Shown here in pieces: positions 11,447-23,800 of a stretch of 64,000 bases of DNA; the stretch's first letter is position 1, and each line of letters starts with the position of its first letter. This DNA comes from a virus. Lineage: Duplodnaviria; Caudoviricetes. The position numbers were made by a program, and so were the translations under genes. The stretch lies in the IMG/VR virus record IMGVR_UViG_3300009183_000045. One strand, given 5' to 3'. The notes beneath the pieces are model-generated. The model was not told where the DNA came from and searched no databases. It saw only the letters and a program-made list of their open reading frames with translations.

Positions 11447-12826
11447 ATGGCAAATAACCGACAATTCACCTATGAAATATTTGAACAAGATTGCTTAGGC
11501 AACAGTGCTGGAAAACATAATTTTAATAGCTTGAGCTTAGAAACTCAAATATGTAATTTGTCCAGTTCTTTCATGTCTCCTAATAACTTGTTTACGACTT
11601 CTTTAAGTGGATTTTTGGCACAAGTAGATAAACTTAAACAATTCGGAGATTTAAATAGATTTAATAAAACCTTTACCACAGTTTCTTTGTTAAGTTCTTA
11701 TTGGAATGTTCAAGACTTTTCAGTTTTATACCCTCTCAATATATCCAGCCAAGGAGGCCAGTCAATAGTAGGCCCAACCTCACAAACTCCAGCAACAGAA
11801 TTAATTTCATTGGCTCAGTCTTATTTAACTGCCAATTTTCCTAATAGTTCTTATACACCAAATACAAGAGCCAGTGTAAACATGTTTGTTTATAACTATC
11901 CCTCTAATCCGTATGATCCCAATATTCTTAATTCTGTAACAAATTCTAATGAATTTTCCTTTACAAACAGAAGCATGAATGTTTCTATGTCTAGACAAGA
12001 CATACATCTAGAAAAGGGAAACATTTTCCAATTTTCAAATATTAACAATAAATGGGCCAGCATTAATGTATTAGGACCCACCGTTGTCTTGGACTCAACT
12101 ACCAACAGAAAAAAAATAACATTAACCATCAATTCAAATCAAATAAATTTTAATGTAGGAGACGTTATTAGAAAGATGCCAGAGTATGTGCAAGGCCACA
12201 CAGATGTCGTGCTGACTATCAATAGTGGGGTTATAATATCCAGTGGTAGACCAGAAGATGCGGCTCTTTCAATAGCTAATCTTAGTAATGGAGATTATGT
12301 ATTTTTGTTTAATAATGGTATTATTATTGGATGTGGTGGATCCGGCGGTCAAGGAGGTGATAGTTTGGATACAAAAAACACCAAAGGTGCTGCCGGCAGT
12401 CGCGGTGGACCTGCCATAGCCGCTTTTGTTCCTTGTACCATAGAAAACCACGGGCACATTTATGCGGGCGGCGGCGGCGGTGCCGGCGGAACTGGTGGTT
12501 TAACTGGATCAACCTCGGTCGGAGGCGGCGGCGGCGGCGGTGCTGGAATATACGGAGGCACAGGTGGTCGCAGAGGCACTAACATCATTTATAGAAGTAA
12601 AGGGGTATTTGTGAATGATGGTTTGCCAGGAGAGCGTTCCTTAGGTGGCATAGGAGGTCCGGGTTTGTCTACAGATCCTTTAGCTACGGGGGGTAATGGT
12701 GGTAATATCGGTAAGCCTGGATTTAAATCAGATTCAGCAGATGGAGGGCCTGCGGGATATTATATACTAGGAAATTCAAATGTTTTCTGGGCTATTACCG
12801 GTGACGTAAAAGGCGAGGTGTCTTAA
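11447..12826 (+). CDS. Putative virion protein, paralogue 3 of 3, with C-terminal Gly-rich domain
   Basis: TTVSLLSSYW...VLYP and SYLTANFP; the NNGIIIGCGGSGG...AGGGGG domain resembles 30928..31833. Confidence 0.55.
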   Translation: MANNRQFTYEIFEQDCLGNSAGKHNFNSLSLETQICNLSSSFMSPNNLFTTSLSGFLAQVDKLKQFGDLNRFNKTFTTVSLLSSYWNVQDFSVLYPLNISSQGGQSIVGPTSQTPATELISLAQSYLTANFPNSSYTPNTRASVNMFVYNYPSNPYDPNILNSVTNSNEFSFTNRSMNVSMSRQDIHLEKGNIFQFSNINNKWASINVLGPTVVLDSTTNRKKITLTINSNQINFNVGDVIRKMPEYVQGHTDVVLTINSGVIISSGRPEDAALSIANLSNGDYVFLFNNGIIIGCGGSGGQGGDSLDTKNTKGAAGSRGGPAIAAFVPCTIENHGHIYAGGGGGAGGTGGLTGSTSVGGGGGGGAGIYGGTGGRRGTNIIYRSKGVFVNDGLPGERSLGGIGGPGLSTDPLATGGNGGNIGKPGFKSDSADGGPAGYYILGNSNVFWAITGDVKGEVS

Positions 12827-12834
12827 TATAATAT

Positions 12835-13236
12835 ATGTTTGCCTTGTTTAATACAAATCTTAATTTTATAGGTTATTCGCCAGACATTCAAGACCAGCCC
12901 CATATTTTAAAAAAAGAAATACCGGAACACCAAAGAGATCTTAATGTTTGGAAATGGGAAGGAAATTATACAGATGGAAAAATGGTTTCTATTTTTGAAG
13001 AAGGGATTCCTCAAGAAGAATTAGAAGAACAAAAAAGAATGTTTAATGATTTAAATTCAAAATATCCAACCGGAGTTCAGTTGGTTAATATTATAAGACA
13101 ACTTAAAAAAATAGCAGAACAATCTGAACTTCAAGATGACAGGTTTATGGACATGGCTGAAAATGTTTTAAATGTTATGGACAAACACGATAAACATCTT
13201 AAATATGTTTTAACCAGAAAGAAATTTTTTAATTAA
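12835..13236 (+). CDS. Hypothetical protein
   Basis: 133-aa ORF tightly packed in the operon. Confidence 0.6.
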   Translation: MFALFNTNLNFIGYSPDIQDQPHILKKEIPEHQRDLNVWKWEGNYTDGKMVSIFEEGIPQEELEEQKRMFNDLNSKYPTGVQLVNIIRQLKKIAEQSELQDDRFMDMAENVLNVMDKHDKHLKYVLTRKKFFN

Positions 13237-13238
13237 AA

Positions 13239-13712
13239 ATGAATACCAAAAATCCAGACCCCTATTTATTTTTCAAATATAATCGTGGCGTGGGAGACCT
13301 CGTTGCCAGCATTCTACATTCAAAGGCCTTCGGGTGGCTTACAAAGAGAATTACCGGAAAAGATAAACCATGTACCATCTGCTCCAAAAGAGCTGATGCT
13401 TTAAATACTTTATTTCCTATACCATTTTGGAGATTGTTTTTTAAAGATGTCGCAATCATGACCGAATCTTTAAGTGATGATCTTCGTCGTGCCGGATATC
13501 AAACTTCCATGACATCAAATAGATCTGAGATATCTTCCATGAAAACAGAATTTATTCCCGAAGAAGGAAACAATAACAAATCTGTAAATTTTAATCCTTT
13601 AAATGATATATTCAATGATGAAAAATTGGCAAAATATTTCTTTATAAGCTCTAGTGATCAGGAAGTGGATCATTTATTAATACGCACACAATATTTTAAA
13701 CTTAAACCTTAA
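13239..13712 (+). CDS. Hypothetical protein with CxxC motif
   Basis: GVGDLVASILH...KPCTICSKRADALN. Confidence 0.6.
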   Translation: MNTKNPDPYLFFKYNRGVGDLVASILHSKAFGWLTKRITGKDKPCTICSKRADALNTLFPIPFWRLFFKDVAIMTESLSDDLRRAGYQTSMTSNRSEISSMKTEFIPEEGNNNKSVNFNPLNDIFNDEKLAKYFFISSSDQEVDHLLIRTQYFKLKP

Positions 13713-13714
13713 TT

Positions 13715-14176
13715 ATGGAAATTACCGTTATACGAGCCCCTGAGGAAAATTCCTTGGAATCTACACAATATTTTGGATTATTGTTATCAAAAACCTTGAC
13801 TCTAATACACATGACTCATTGGTATATTTTAAATCCAAATATTCATGAAATATTGGGAGATCTATATGAAGACTTAGATGGTCTATTTGACAAACTGCAA
13901 GAAGAGGTTATAGGCACTACTAAACTTCAAGGCAAGCCGTTTCCATATTTTTCACCTGATTGTTTAGATATAGAAAATTTAGATCAATATAAAGGTGACA
14001 ACGTAGATCTTATGGAAACCTATCACAAGACTACCACAAAACTTATAGCCATATTAAATTCCTTAGAATTTACCAATTATATAGGTTCTGTGTCTTCTGG
14101 ACTAAACAACACCAAGGAAGACATCCTTTCCCGTGTTAATAAGGCTAATTATTTATTAGCCATGATACAAGTATAG
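13715..14176 (+). CDS. Ferritin-like/Dps-like four-helix protein
   Basis: HMTHW...HEILGDLYEDLDGLFDKLQEE resembles the Dps ferroxidase-centre spacing. Confidence 0.55.
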   Translation: MEITVIRAPEENSLESTQYFGLLLSKTLTLIHMTHWYILNPNIHEILGDLYEDLDGLFDKLQEEVIGTTKLQGKPFPYFSPDCLDIENLDQYKGDNVDLMETYHKTTTKLIAILNSLEFTNYIGSVSSGLNNTKEDILSRVNKANYLLAMIQV

Positions 14177-15294
14177 TCAGTACCGTACATACCTTCTAAA
14201 TTCAGATCTGAATGCGGTTCATACCAGCCATTTCCTTGGTAGATATCTAATACTTGTTGGAAGTAGTGTTCATATTTTCTAGCTATCACACTCATGGAGT
14301 AATTAGCATTTGCCCAGGCGGCACATGTATAGGGGTTAATGTTTTTAATATTATTAATAGCCCATATAAAATCACCCATAGTTCTTCCACGATAACCCGT
14401 AACTCCGTGAGGATTGACTTCTGTAAAAGCTCCCCAATCAGATGAAATTACCGGAGTTCCGGACATGTGGTATTCTACTTGTACTCCTCCAAATGGTTCT
14501 ATGTAGGTGCTCGCAATAAAACCAGCCTTTGCCTTAGACATCAGCTTTCTTCGGGTTTCAATATCTGCGTAACCTATACATTCAACATGAGACGGCCATT
14601 CTTTGAGACCCACATTAGAAGGATCTCCCTGACCTGCTATAATTAATTTGTGTCCAGTTTTTTCAGTGGCCTGAATGGCTATGTCTACTCCCTTGGCGCT
14701 AGTTATTCGGCCCAGAGCTAAAATGTAATCATCTTTCTCTGCTTCAAATGTAAATTCTGTAGGATCAAAATAATTGGGAATTACAGTATGATACCAATCC
14801 ATAATACCCATGGCCACAGCATTCACTCCACACAAAGCATGCATTACTGCATAAGACTCATACACCTTGAAACGAGAAAAAGAATGTGGATATCCAATAC
14901 CTGGTTCCACCACAATCAAATCCTGATTAGCATCACAGGCACCCTTAACTCCATATCCCCAAAAAGCTAAAATAAAATCATTCTTTTGTTTTCGTTTAGC
15001 AATTTCTTTTCCGGCTCTTTCATTAAAAACCGTATGAGCATGATCCCCTGCATTATGCTTGAAGAAATTTTTCTTCCAATCATAATTGCCATAAGCAATC
15101 TCTAAATCTTCATCAGTGGTGACTGTAACATGTTCATCGGCATCTACCACACTATCTGCGTGTCCATAATGAATAAGAGTGTGACCTCTCCCTTTCATCA
15201 TCCTACAGAACTTGACAACCTTTTGAGTAAAGGCACAAGCATTATATTCTGGGGAACTAACGGTGTGTGGTAGACCTAGGACATGAAATCTCAT
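14149..15294 (-). CDS. Glycosyltransferase, GT-B fold (GT4-like)
   Basis: LGRITSAKGVDIAI and EPFGGVQVEYHMSGTPVISSDWGAFTE, matching the GT4 E-x7-E motif. Confidence 0.85.
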   Translation of the reverse strand: MRFHVLGLPHTVSSPEYNACAFTQKVVKFCRMMKGRGHTLIHYGHADSVVDADEHVTVTTDEDLEIAYGNYDWKKNFFKHNAGDHAHTVFNERAGKEIAKRKQKNDFILAFWGYGVKGACDANQDLIVVEPGIGYPHSFSRFKVYESYAVMHALCGVNAVAMGIMDWYHTVIPNYFDPTEFTFEAEKDDYILALGRITSAKGVDIAIQATEKTGHKLIIAGQGDPSNVGLKEWPSHVECIGYADIETRRKLMSKAKAGFIASTYIEPFGGVQVEYHMSGTPVISSDWGAFTEVNPHGVTGYRGRTMGDFIWAINNIKNINPYTCAAWANANYSMSVIARKYEHYFQQVLDIYQGNGWYEPHSDLNLEGMYGTDYTCIMANK

Positions 15295-15345
15295 AATATT
15301 ATATATAAGATATTCATTCCTATTTTCAACTATTCAACTAAAATA

Positions 15346-18300
15346 TTATCTTATAAAAGACACCCCAATTTCATTACAATTATACAAATTACCTGCATAT
15401 GCAGCCTGAATTCTACACGAATTAATTGTTTTAGAATCAGCAATCGTAGAACGTGCTCCAATTGAAAGACCTCCATCAACAGCGGTTGTACTATAATAAA
15501 CACCACCTTGTATGACATAGTATGCATCAATCATAGGAGATGTAAATGTTATAGTATAATCGCCATTGGCATTACTAACAATATGGTCTACATTAAATGA
15601 GGCCTTTATCATAGATCTGATTGTCAAGGTTCCTGCTGGCGCATTACCATAGTCGAGGCTTACTTCGAATGTATAACTGTTGGCATCGAGCTCTGTAATA
15701 ACACGGCCAACACTAGTGTCCCATATACTATAATCAGGTGACGAATTAGAATCCATCGCATTAACTATTTCTGCTATCATACCCGTGGAATAACCATGAG
15801 ATGTATGAGTAACAGTCACCAAGTTCCCGCTTCGGGTATAAGGCTTGGTTGTTTGAGGCACACCACAAAAGGTTACCCAAGCTTTTGTTGAAAACCGAGT
15901 ATCACTTCCCAACACAACCTGGTCACCTCCCGCATTGGTGTCTGGTGCAGCCGTATCCACTAAGGCAGCTGTGCCCAAAGATAATGATCGAGAGGATGCA
16001 TAAGTTACTAATCCAGTGGAATTGACTTCTATAACGGGAATTGATAGAGATAAATCACTTATGGTTTTTGGAACATGGGTAAAATCACCAGAGGGCACAC
16101 TAATAGAAGCATTTCTAAGATTTGACACCCAGTTAGTATTGGCTGGGCTATTGTATATAATACCCGGACTAGTAGAATTTCTCACCCATTTTCCGTTTCC
16201 ATATACTCCACTATATGTTGCACCCGGAGATGTTCCAGCCGCCTGCCACGCAATTCCGTCTGTGGTACTGTACCAAATGCCTTGGGTTCTTAAATAAAGT
16301 ATTCCGTTTTGTTGAACAAAGGTTGCTGATGTGCCCAATCCCGAGACAACCAAGTTTCCTAAGGCAAATCTCTTTAGGTCGGAAGAATAATACACAACAA
16401 TACGAGCCGTTGAACTTATGTATTGAGTGGTTATTAGTATATACAAAGAATTGTAGTATACAATGCTAGATGGACCCGTCGTAGACCACCCAGTCAAAGC
16501 TTTAAAATGTTCTCCATCTGTAGAATCTGTAATTGTTCCTGCATATCCAACACCAGTATATTTGTTGTTGACATATAATAAAGAATTAAATAGAGGAAAA
16601 TTGTTATAAAGATTTGCGGGGCTCCGGGTGAATAGATAATCAGGTGGACTAATTCTTTTCCAATTGACCAAATCTGTGGAAGTGCAAAGATAACTGCCAC
16701 AAGTAATCCATCTACCGTTTAAATACCATATACCATATTGAGTCATCGTTGACCAATGGGATGAGGTCAGGCTAGAAGAAATATTGGTATAAAGATCTGT
16801 CAAGCTAGTTGGTGCTGCTACGGTCGTCCAAGTTATTCCATCTGCAGAAGATTGCATTATGACATTGGTGGTACTTGCATTTAAATAATAACGCCCATTC
16901 GCATATGTCATGGAATTTACCCCCACTGTGGTAGCGGGAACTGAATATGTCCAAGTAATTCCGTCTGTTGACATATAAAATCTTACAGTTGTACTAGAAA
17001 TAATACAAAATTTACCATTCAGAAATTTTATGTTTGCAACAGTTCCGGTCCACGATGCTATTGTTCGTGTGGTCCAATTTATCCCGTCTGTTGAAGTTGT
17101 ACATTTGCCAGCGGAGTCCACCATGACAAATGTATTATTACCAAAAACCACTCCTTTTATATGAGTAGCTAAACCGCCTGTAGCATAAGGAATAGAGCGC
17201 CTAGTCCAGGTCAGGCCATCAGAAGAAGTTGCAAAAGAGGTTCCATAGGATCCCGTAGGACTCAGTCTGTAATTACCGGCGGTTACAAACAGTCCGTTGC
17301 CGTAAGTCACGGTATTTAGGCCGTATAAAAAACCCGCCGTTGTTCCGGTATCTGCCGGAGAGAGGGCATTATAAAGTAATCCACTGACATATATTTCAGC
17401 CCAATCTTCCCCGTTGGTAGAAGTGTATATCCCTCTTTTTGTGCCTGTGCTGCTGCCGCCAACTGCCACATAAAGCCCGTTTGCATATGTTAAATCCGCA
17501 AAATTAAAAGTACCAATAGAGCCACCTGGTGCATTTCTTTCAAACCAGGTATTAGAATCTGTGGAAGTAATAAGCCTGTCTATTGTAGAACCCATTATTA
17601 TATATTTTGAATTTAAATATTGAGCGCCCGGACTTATACTAGTAAAATAAGCATCTAAAGTTCCACCATCAGCGATATTGTTTACACTTTTAATGACCCA
17701 ATTAATGCCATCAGAAGATATGTAAATTCTTCCATAAGATGCAGATACCACAAATTTTCCTTCATTATAGGTTATAGAGTTTGCAATAGTTGAAGAAGTT
17801 AAAGGAACTGAATACATTCCAGACAAAGAAATAGTCCAGGTAACTCCACCATTTAAAGAATAATAAATAGTATCATCACACACCACAACATAGGTATTTG
17901 ACCCCGATGCATAGGCAACTCCGGAAAAAGTTCCTAAAAAATTATTTGATTTCCAAGTTATTCCGTCTGAAGAATTTAATTTGGAACCAGAACCCAGAGC
18001 CCATATATAATTTCCAGCAACTGCAAAAGAAGAACCCAAATCTAACCCACCAGAAATAGTCCAATTTAGTGCATCTGTAGAGCGAGCATATGAGCCAGAA
18101 TCTATTGAACCGTCTTTATTCTGCAATCTACATATATAAAGATTGTTAAAAAATTCTAAGTAACGGGCAGTTTTACCACCAAATACATTAGTGGTGTGGT
18201 TCCAGGTTGTCGTGTCTGATAAAGATGCAAGTGCGGCTAATCCTTTATTATCAGTTGCCAATAAAGGGGCGTATGGTTTTTCGGAAGATTTAACTATGGA

Positions 18301-20811
18301 AGTAATTACTCCGTACGCTGCATTCGCTACATTTCCGAAAAGTGGGTCCTTTTCTGCCCACACTCTACTCAATCTTCCTAGAGTTAAATCTATATAAGAT
18401 GACACAATACGAATCCCGTCCGTGTACACCACTTGTATTTTATTTGAATCTGGTGACAATGATAAACAAATAGAATCATTTTGAATAGGATAGGCGCCTT
18501 GTGCGGCTAAAATGCCTATATCATTTTCACTGTTGTATAGAGTTAATCCAGGAGTGTTAGGGTCCATTATAGCCCACCCCAAACCGTTAAGTTGATAACT
18601 TGTATCAAATCCTCCATCAATACCGTTTTTAAATATTATACTAGAATGGAATGGAATTGTTTGGCCCACATTATCATCTAAATTATACCCGGCTACAACA
18701 AAATAATGAGCATCTGTTTTTCCGGTTTTGACTCTTAAATATCCAATATTTCCTATAGCACCTATTCTAAGAGGATGGGTTGAACCATATAAGGCAGCAT
18801 AGGGGCCTATATTTTCAGCTGCCGGATCAGCAAAATTATATATTGACTTCCATTCCATATACCCCCCATTGTTGCCGGTGTTCCAATTTATACCCGTTGA
18901 ATGATATAAAGAATATTGAGGTACCACAGTTGCGGCAATTGATTGAGTAGGTTCACCATTGCGAGTTAATGCCCAAAAAAATTCACCATTATATCCAATT
19001 TTAGCAATGCTTGGCAATGTCCCGACGCCACTATTTATATGCAGTTGCAAGTTCTTCCATGTTAACCCATCCGTGGAACTGTAACCATATGAAAAAACAG
19101 CAGGGTCTCCGTTTACAATTTTTATAAATTGATTATCAATACAAAACATGTTAACTAATATTGCACTATTAGGGTTGAAGTACGCCGCAAAATCATGTAA
19201 ACTATAATTCCAGGTGATTCCTCCATCTAAGGATACAGCATTTGCGTAATTAGAAAAACAGATAAGAATTTTTTTATCACTCTGTGCAACACCTACCACA
19301 GAGGGAGCAGTCGTCTGTCCTTGGAAAACTCCAATTTGAGACAACACAATTACATTATCCTGCCAAGTAATTCCTTCATCTGTGGAAATATGAGTTCTTA
19401 TTTGAGGAGTTATTCCGTCAGCAAGATATTCTATTCCGGTATCAAAAAACAAAAGCCCGGCAGTAGAAAACCCGTAAGACCCCGCTGGCGAAGGATTTAG
19501 AGCAGACAAAGAACCCACACCAGAGCCGGTTACAATGCCGGTTAAGTGGCTGCCGTCTCCGTAAAGAGTTGTTGCTGAGACATAAGAAGAAAAGGTACCA
19601 GAAGAAATGCTTAAATTTGAAGGATATGCACCGGTGGCTCCAATAAGCCCTTGTATGCCTGTGGCTCCTGTGGTCCCTTGTATACCTGTAGCACCTAGCC
19701 CAGTAGCTCCAATAAGCCCTTGTATGCCTGTGGTCCCTTGTATACCTGTAGCACCTAGCCCAGTAGCTCCAATAAGCCCTTGTATACCTGTGGCTCCTGT
19801 GGTCCCTTGTATACCTGTAGCACCTAGCCCAGTGGCTCCAATAAGCCCTTGTATGCCTGTGGCTCCTGTGGTCCCTTGTATACCTGTAGCACCTAGCCCA
19901 GTGGCTCCAATAAGCCCTTGTATGCCTGTGGCTCCTGTGGTCCCGGTAAGTCCTTGTATACCAGTAGCACCACCGGGTGTGCCTTGTAATCCAGTAGCGC
20001 CTTGTATACCAGTAGCACCACCGGGTGTGCCTTGTAATCCAGTAGCGCCTTGTAATCCAGTGGCACCTATTCCAGTAGCGCCTTGTAATCCAGTGGCACC
20101 TTGTAAACCTGTAGCACCTCCCGGCGTCCCTTGTATACCAGTGGCTCCTTGTACTCCCGTGGCCCCAGTAGGACCACCAGAGGGACCAGTAGATCCCACA
20201 GGGCCCGTGGCTCCTGTAGCACCTAGTCCCGTAGCCCCTTTTAGTCCCATGATGCCGGCAGGGCCACTGGGCCCCGTTGATCCAGTAGCTCCCAATGATC
20301 CTGTGGCACCTGTGGGGCCTCCTGAAGGCCCCGTGGCCCCTAAGGGTCCTGTGGCACCTTGCACGCCTGTAGCACCAGAAGCTCCTATACCCGTAGCACC
20401 CGTAGCTCCTATACCCGTAGCTCCAGTAGCACCAGCGTGCCCATCTGGTCCAACATTTCCGGTTAATCCCATAGGTCCGCTGGGTCCTGTAGAACCAGTC
20501 AATCCAGTGTTTCCTGTAAAGCCAGTCAATCCAATAGGCCCAGAGGCTCCATCAGGTCCGGTCGGTCCAATAGGTCCTGTGCTTCCTATAGGTCCGTCTA
20601 ATCCAGTGGGTCCAATGGGACCGGAAGGCCCGGAGGCACCCAGAGGCCCAGTGGCTCCTAATAATATAACATCTCTTACAACACCGGCTACGTAATTATT
20701 AATAGCACTCAACGGTAATGTGCTGGTAATATTGTTGTGACTAGCCAAGAGCACATCAGTCGCACTCGGATTGGTCACTAAAGGAAAATCTCTGATGGTT
20801 TTATTACGCAT
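15346..20811 (-). CDS. Giant fibre protein: collagen stalk, BNR-like beta-propeller repeats, tail-fibre C-terminus
   Basis: About 340 aa of Gly-X-Y; many SSDG(I/L)TW motifs; C-terminal KAWVTFCG...[19 protein letters not shown]. Confidence 0.8.
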   Translation of the reverse strand: MRNKTIRDFPLVTNPSATDVLLASHNNITSTLPLSAINNYVAGVVRDVILLGATGPLGASGPSGPIGPTGLDGPIGSTGPIGPTGPDGASGPIGLTGFTGNTGLTGSTGPSGPMGLTGNVGPDGHAGATGATGIGATGATGIGASGATGVQGATGPLGATGPSGGPTGATGSLGATGSTGPSGPAGIMGLKGATGLGATGATGPVGSTGPSGGPTGATGVQGATGIQGTPGGATGLQGATGLQGATGIGATGLQGATGLQGTPGGATGIQGATGLQGTPGGATGIQGLTGTTGATGIQGLIGATGLGATGIQGTTGATGIQGLIGATGLGATGIQGTTGATGIQGLIGATGLGATGIQGTTGIQGLIGATGLGATGIQGTTGATGIQGLIGATGAYPSNLSISSGTFSSYVSATTLYGDGSHLTGIVTGSGVGSLSALNPSPAGSYGFSTAGLLFFDTGIEYLADGITPQIRTHISTDEGITWQDNVIVLSQIGVFQGQTTAPSVVGVAQSDKKILICFSNYANAVSLDGGITWNYSLHDFAAYFNPNSAILVNMFCIDNQFIKIVNGDPAVFSYGYSSTDGLTWKNLQLHINSGVGTLPSIAKIGYNGEFFWALTRNGEPTQSIAATVVPQYSLYHSTGINWNTGNNGGYMEWKSIYNFADPAAENIGPYAALYGSTHPLRIGAIGNIGYLRVKTGKTDAHYFVVAGYNLDDNVGQTIPFHSSIIFKNGIDGGFDTSYQLNGLGWAIMDPNTPGLTLYNSENDIGILAAQGAYPIQNDSICLSLSPDSNKIQVVYTDGIRIVSSYIDLTLGRLSRVWAEKDPLFGNVANAAYGVITSIVKSSEKPYAPLLATDNKGLAALASLSDTTTWNHTTNVFGGKTARYLEFFNNLYICRLQNKDGSIDSGSYARSTDALNWTISGGLDLGSSFAVAGNYIWALGSGSKLNSSDGITWKSNNFLGTFSGVAYASGSNTYVVVCDDTIYYSLNGGVTWTISLSGMYSVPLTSSTIANSITYNEGKFVVSASYGRIYISSDGINWVIKSVNNIADGGTLDAYFTSISPGAQYLNSKYIIMGSTIDRLITSTDSNTWFERNAPGGSIGTFNFADLTYANGLYVAVGGSSTGTKRGIYTSTNGEDWAEIYVSGLLYNALSPADTGTTAGFLYGLNTVTYGNGLFVTAGNYRLSPTGSYGTSFATSSDGLTWTRRSIPYATGGLATHIKGVVFGNNTFVMVDSAGKCTTSTDGINWTTRTIASWTGTVANIKFLNGKFCIISSTTVRFYMSTDGITWTYSVPATTVGVNSMTYANGRYYLNASTTNVIMQSSADGITWTTVAAPTSLTDLYTNISSSLTSSHWSTMTQYGIWYLNGRWITCGSYLCTSTDLVNWKRISPPDYLFTRSPANLYNNFPLFNSLLYVNNKYTGVGYAGTITDSTDGEHFKALTGWSTTGPSSIVYYNSLYILITTQYISSTARIVVYYSSDLKRFALGNLVVSGLGTSATFVQQNGILYLRTQGIWYSTTDGIAWQAAGTSPGATYSGVYGNGKWVRNSTSPGIIYNSPANTNWVSNLRNASISVPSGDFTHVPKTISDLSLSIPVIEVNSTGLVTYASSRSLSLGTAALVDTAAPDTNAGGDQVVLGSDTRFSTKAWVTFCGVPQTTKPYTRSGNLVTVTHTSHGYSTGMIAEIVNAMDSNSSPDYSIWDTSVGRVITELDANSYTFEVSLDYGNAPAGTLTIRSMIKASFNVDHIVSNANGDYTITFTSPMIDAYYVIQGGVYYSTTAVDGGLSIGARSTIADSKTINSCRIQAAYAGNLYNCNEIGVSFIR
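19638..19944 (-). repeat. 69-bp tandem repeat in the collagen region, one unit shortened to 60 bp
   Basis: ctccaataagcccttgtat occurs at 19638, 19707, 19767, 19836 and 19905. Confidence 0.9.
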
Positions 20812-20824
20812 ATTATAATTATAT

Positions 20825-23800
20825 TTAGATCCAAGCTATCGGTTTTTGATCATCTCCCGTTAAGATGTCTTCTAGATCATCTACAATGAAATTTCCTTCG
20901 GTGTCTATATTGAAAGTTATGTATATTGGCACACTACTAACCATACCCATTAAGTTACTAACTTGACACACATAGACCCCCGAGGTTTCTGGCACAGATT
21001 TAAATATTTTATAATCAGTAAAGGCGCCACCAACTATGGGTGTATTATTATGATACCATTGATAACTAAAGGGTTGTTCGCCAGATGCTATTATAGATAA
21101 GGCACAGAAAGATCCTACATTAATACTAAGAGCAGAAGCAGTCTGAAATATAATAGTAGGAGGCAACTTTTTAATATGTATCACTTCTGTTTGTAATTGT
21201 TTATACAAGCCGTAATCATTACCAAATATGTCACATCTCCATTGAACCATGGTACCTTTATTGGCTAATAATTTATTAACATGAGTTCCATATACATCGG
21301 ATAAAAGTTCTTTTCTGTAATTAGAATCCGAAGTTTTATCTTTCCATATTACATTATTATCCTCATTAAATTTCCAAAATTGAAAATCATCTTGCTGACG
21401 CGCCAAGCCATGAGTGTTATAACCTAATATTTCATAATCAGATTGATATGGAGTAAATTTTTGGTTTTCCTTGGTTCCTAATATAACACCAGCCTTGGCA
21501 CCAGATCCATAAGGCTCCATTATCCATTTGTTATCTATTCCATCTAATACAACGGGAGATAATTGATCCTTTTTAGTCAATCCTCTATTGCGAGATCCAT
21601 ACTTTTTGGGATCCAAAAACACCGCTTCACTATTAGATAAACTTATAGCCGATAAATTAGTTTGATTAACAGAATAACTATACCCTCTTCCTCTGTAGGT
21701 AGATACTCCCAAATTTTCAGGTAACATATACCCACCTACTTCATTTTCTGTTACGGCTAAATTAGGGAAAGAAACCGTGGCTGCGGTCGGAAAAAATCTA
21801 TTATCCAAATTTGCATAAGGTTCCGCAGGTTCTATAAACACACCCGAATTGAAAATTATATAATTGGATATGCATCTGTTTTTTAGATACAAATTTTCAG
21901 AATAAGAAAAAGAATTTACAGCATAATAATGATATCTTGCTGGTTTATATTCAGAATATCCTTCTAATAAAATATCACTTAGTTCTGTAGAGCCTTGTAT
22001 AATACAATCTAGTTTATTAGACCGTAAAATAGATTCTAAATTAGAATACTTCTTGTCAAATATAATTTTATTCCATTGAACAGTATTAATAGTAACATCA
22101 AAATTTAATGGTTGATCCCACCCTAAATCCAAGGCTCCAATTCTATTGTATTGAACATAATCCCCAGTGTTTAAAGACATGACAGAAATGTCTGGCTGAT
22201 GGAGAGGCACATAATCATATACAAATTTAATTTGCCCAGCATAAACCACTGGGTTTGTAGGAACCTTTGCCCAAAAAGGTTTTGCCCCAAAAGAAGGGCC
22301 CACATTTAGGTTTGAAAAATTACTCATTTCATAATCCCAACCATCCAATTTAATATTGATAGTAAATGATACACCCGGTTGATAAAATTCCACACCAGCA
22401 AAGGTGTCAATGTAGGAAGTGCCGCCTTGATGTTCGTATATTAAATAATCATTAGGTCTTAATATAATATCAGATACCAATGTAGTTTCTATCCAATTAC
22501 CACTTTGATTTTTGATAGCCTTGCGCCACACCGGATAGAAGGGCACACACCCATTTATTCTTGTAGATATGTAACTTATAAAAGAATCATAATTTCCGTC
22601 CCCGGATACAAGATATTTATAAAGATTAAAATGGGTTTGATCTGAAGTAGCTATTTGTTCCATCAAGCTATTAGTTAGAGATAATTCTCCCATACTAATA
22701 GCTTGAATTTCTATACCTTTATTTTTATATTGTTTTGCTAAACTTACAATATCTGCGGAATCTTCTGTGGTAGATACCCCATCACTAATAATAACAATTT
22801 TTTGTATAGCACCTTTTTGAGGCGAATTTAAAGCCCCACTCAATTTTGATTGATTCGCCAGTGTAACATTAAGACTACTGCATAAAGTTTTTAAATCTAA
22901 AAGAGTTTTGTCTAATCCAGGAGATGTTGGATTTAAGATATTGTCACACAAACGCAAAGCAGCTGAAAAGTTAGTTTGATAATCTGGAAATTGAGTGGGA
23001 CAATTTAAAGCTTCTATTTGAAGATTTAGTTCATACTCTTCATTGGTAAGATAGTTTACCATTACACTATTAGCAGCAAATCCTACTATAGCAACCTGCA
23101 CAGATTTTTGTCTATCATAACAAACATTTGAACCATCATTTGTGCAGGCATTAATAAGCTTAGAACATATAGTGTTTACAGCCTTTTTAACTTTATCAAA
23201 ATCAAAACTTTGAGATCTGCTATAGTCTAAGGCTATAACAATGTCATACTTTACATCATTACCATCACACATGATGGCATTTAATTTTGGATATATGTAA
23301 TTGCAAACAAAATAAGGTGAAGATTTGGCAGATATAGTATTACCAGCACCACTGGAACTATTAGTTCTAAGACCAGATCTGCAATAGGTATAACGTCGAC
23401 CGGTTTTCAAAATCATTCTATCACCTACTTCAGACAATGTAGTATCGCTGGTTTTCCATCTACCAGTACCAAACCCAATGTTTCCATCTCCTTCAGTTTG
23501 ATCTAATTGAAAGAAGGAGAATTGTGGGCTATCCTTTATATTCAAGCCTCTCGTGTCTACCCAAGAACCTATAGTAAATTTATCTCCAAGACCAAAAGGA
23601 TCTGCAAACAGATAGTCTGCTGTGCCGTTATAATCTGTGACCTTATTCCCTTTATGACCAATCGGTGAATAGTGTACGGCTTTACAAGAACATTGAGTCC
23701 AATAATTTTTATTAGATAAAGAAACCGGGTTAACAAAGTCTTGGTCTTTGTAATATTCATGTGGATATGTTTTTCCATACACACAATTCTTTTCATGGTT

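Noticed and set aside
19607-20695. 362-aa Pro/Val-rich ORF on the + strand
   Set aside because: It is the antisense shadow of the collagen Gly-X-Y codons; the same applies to 2568..2900 and 2908..3138.
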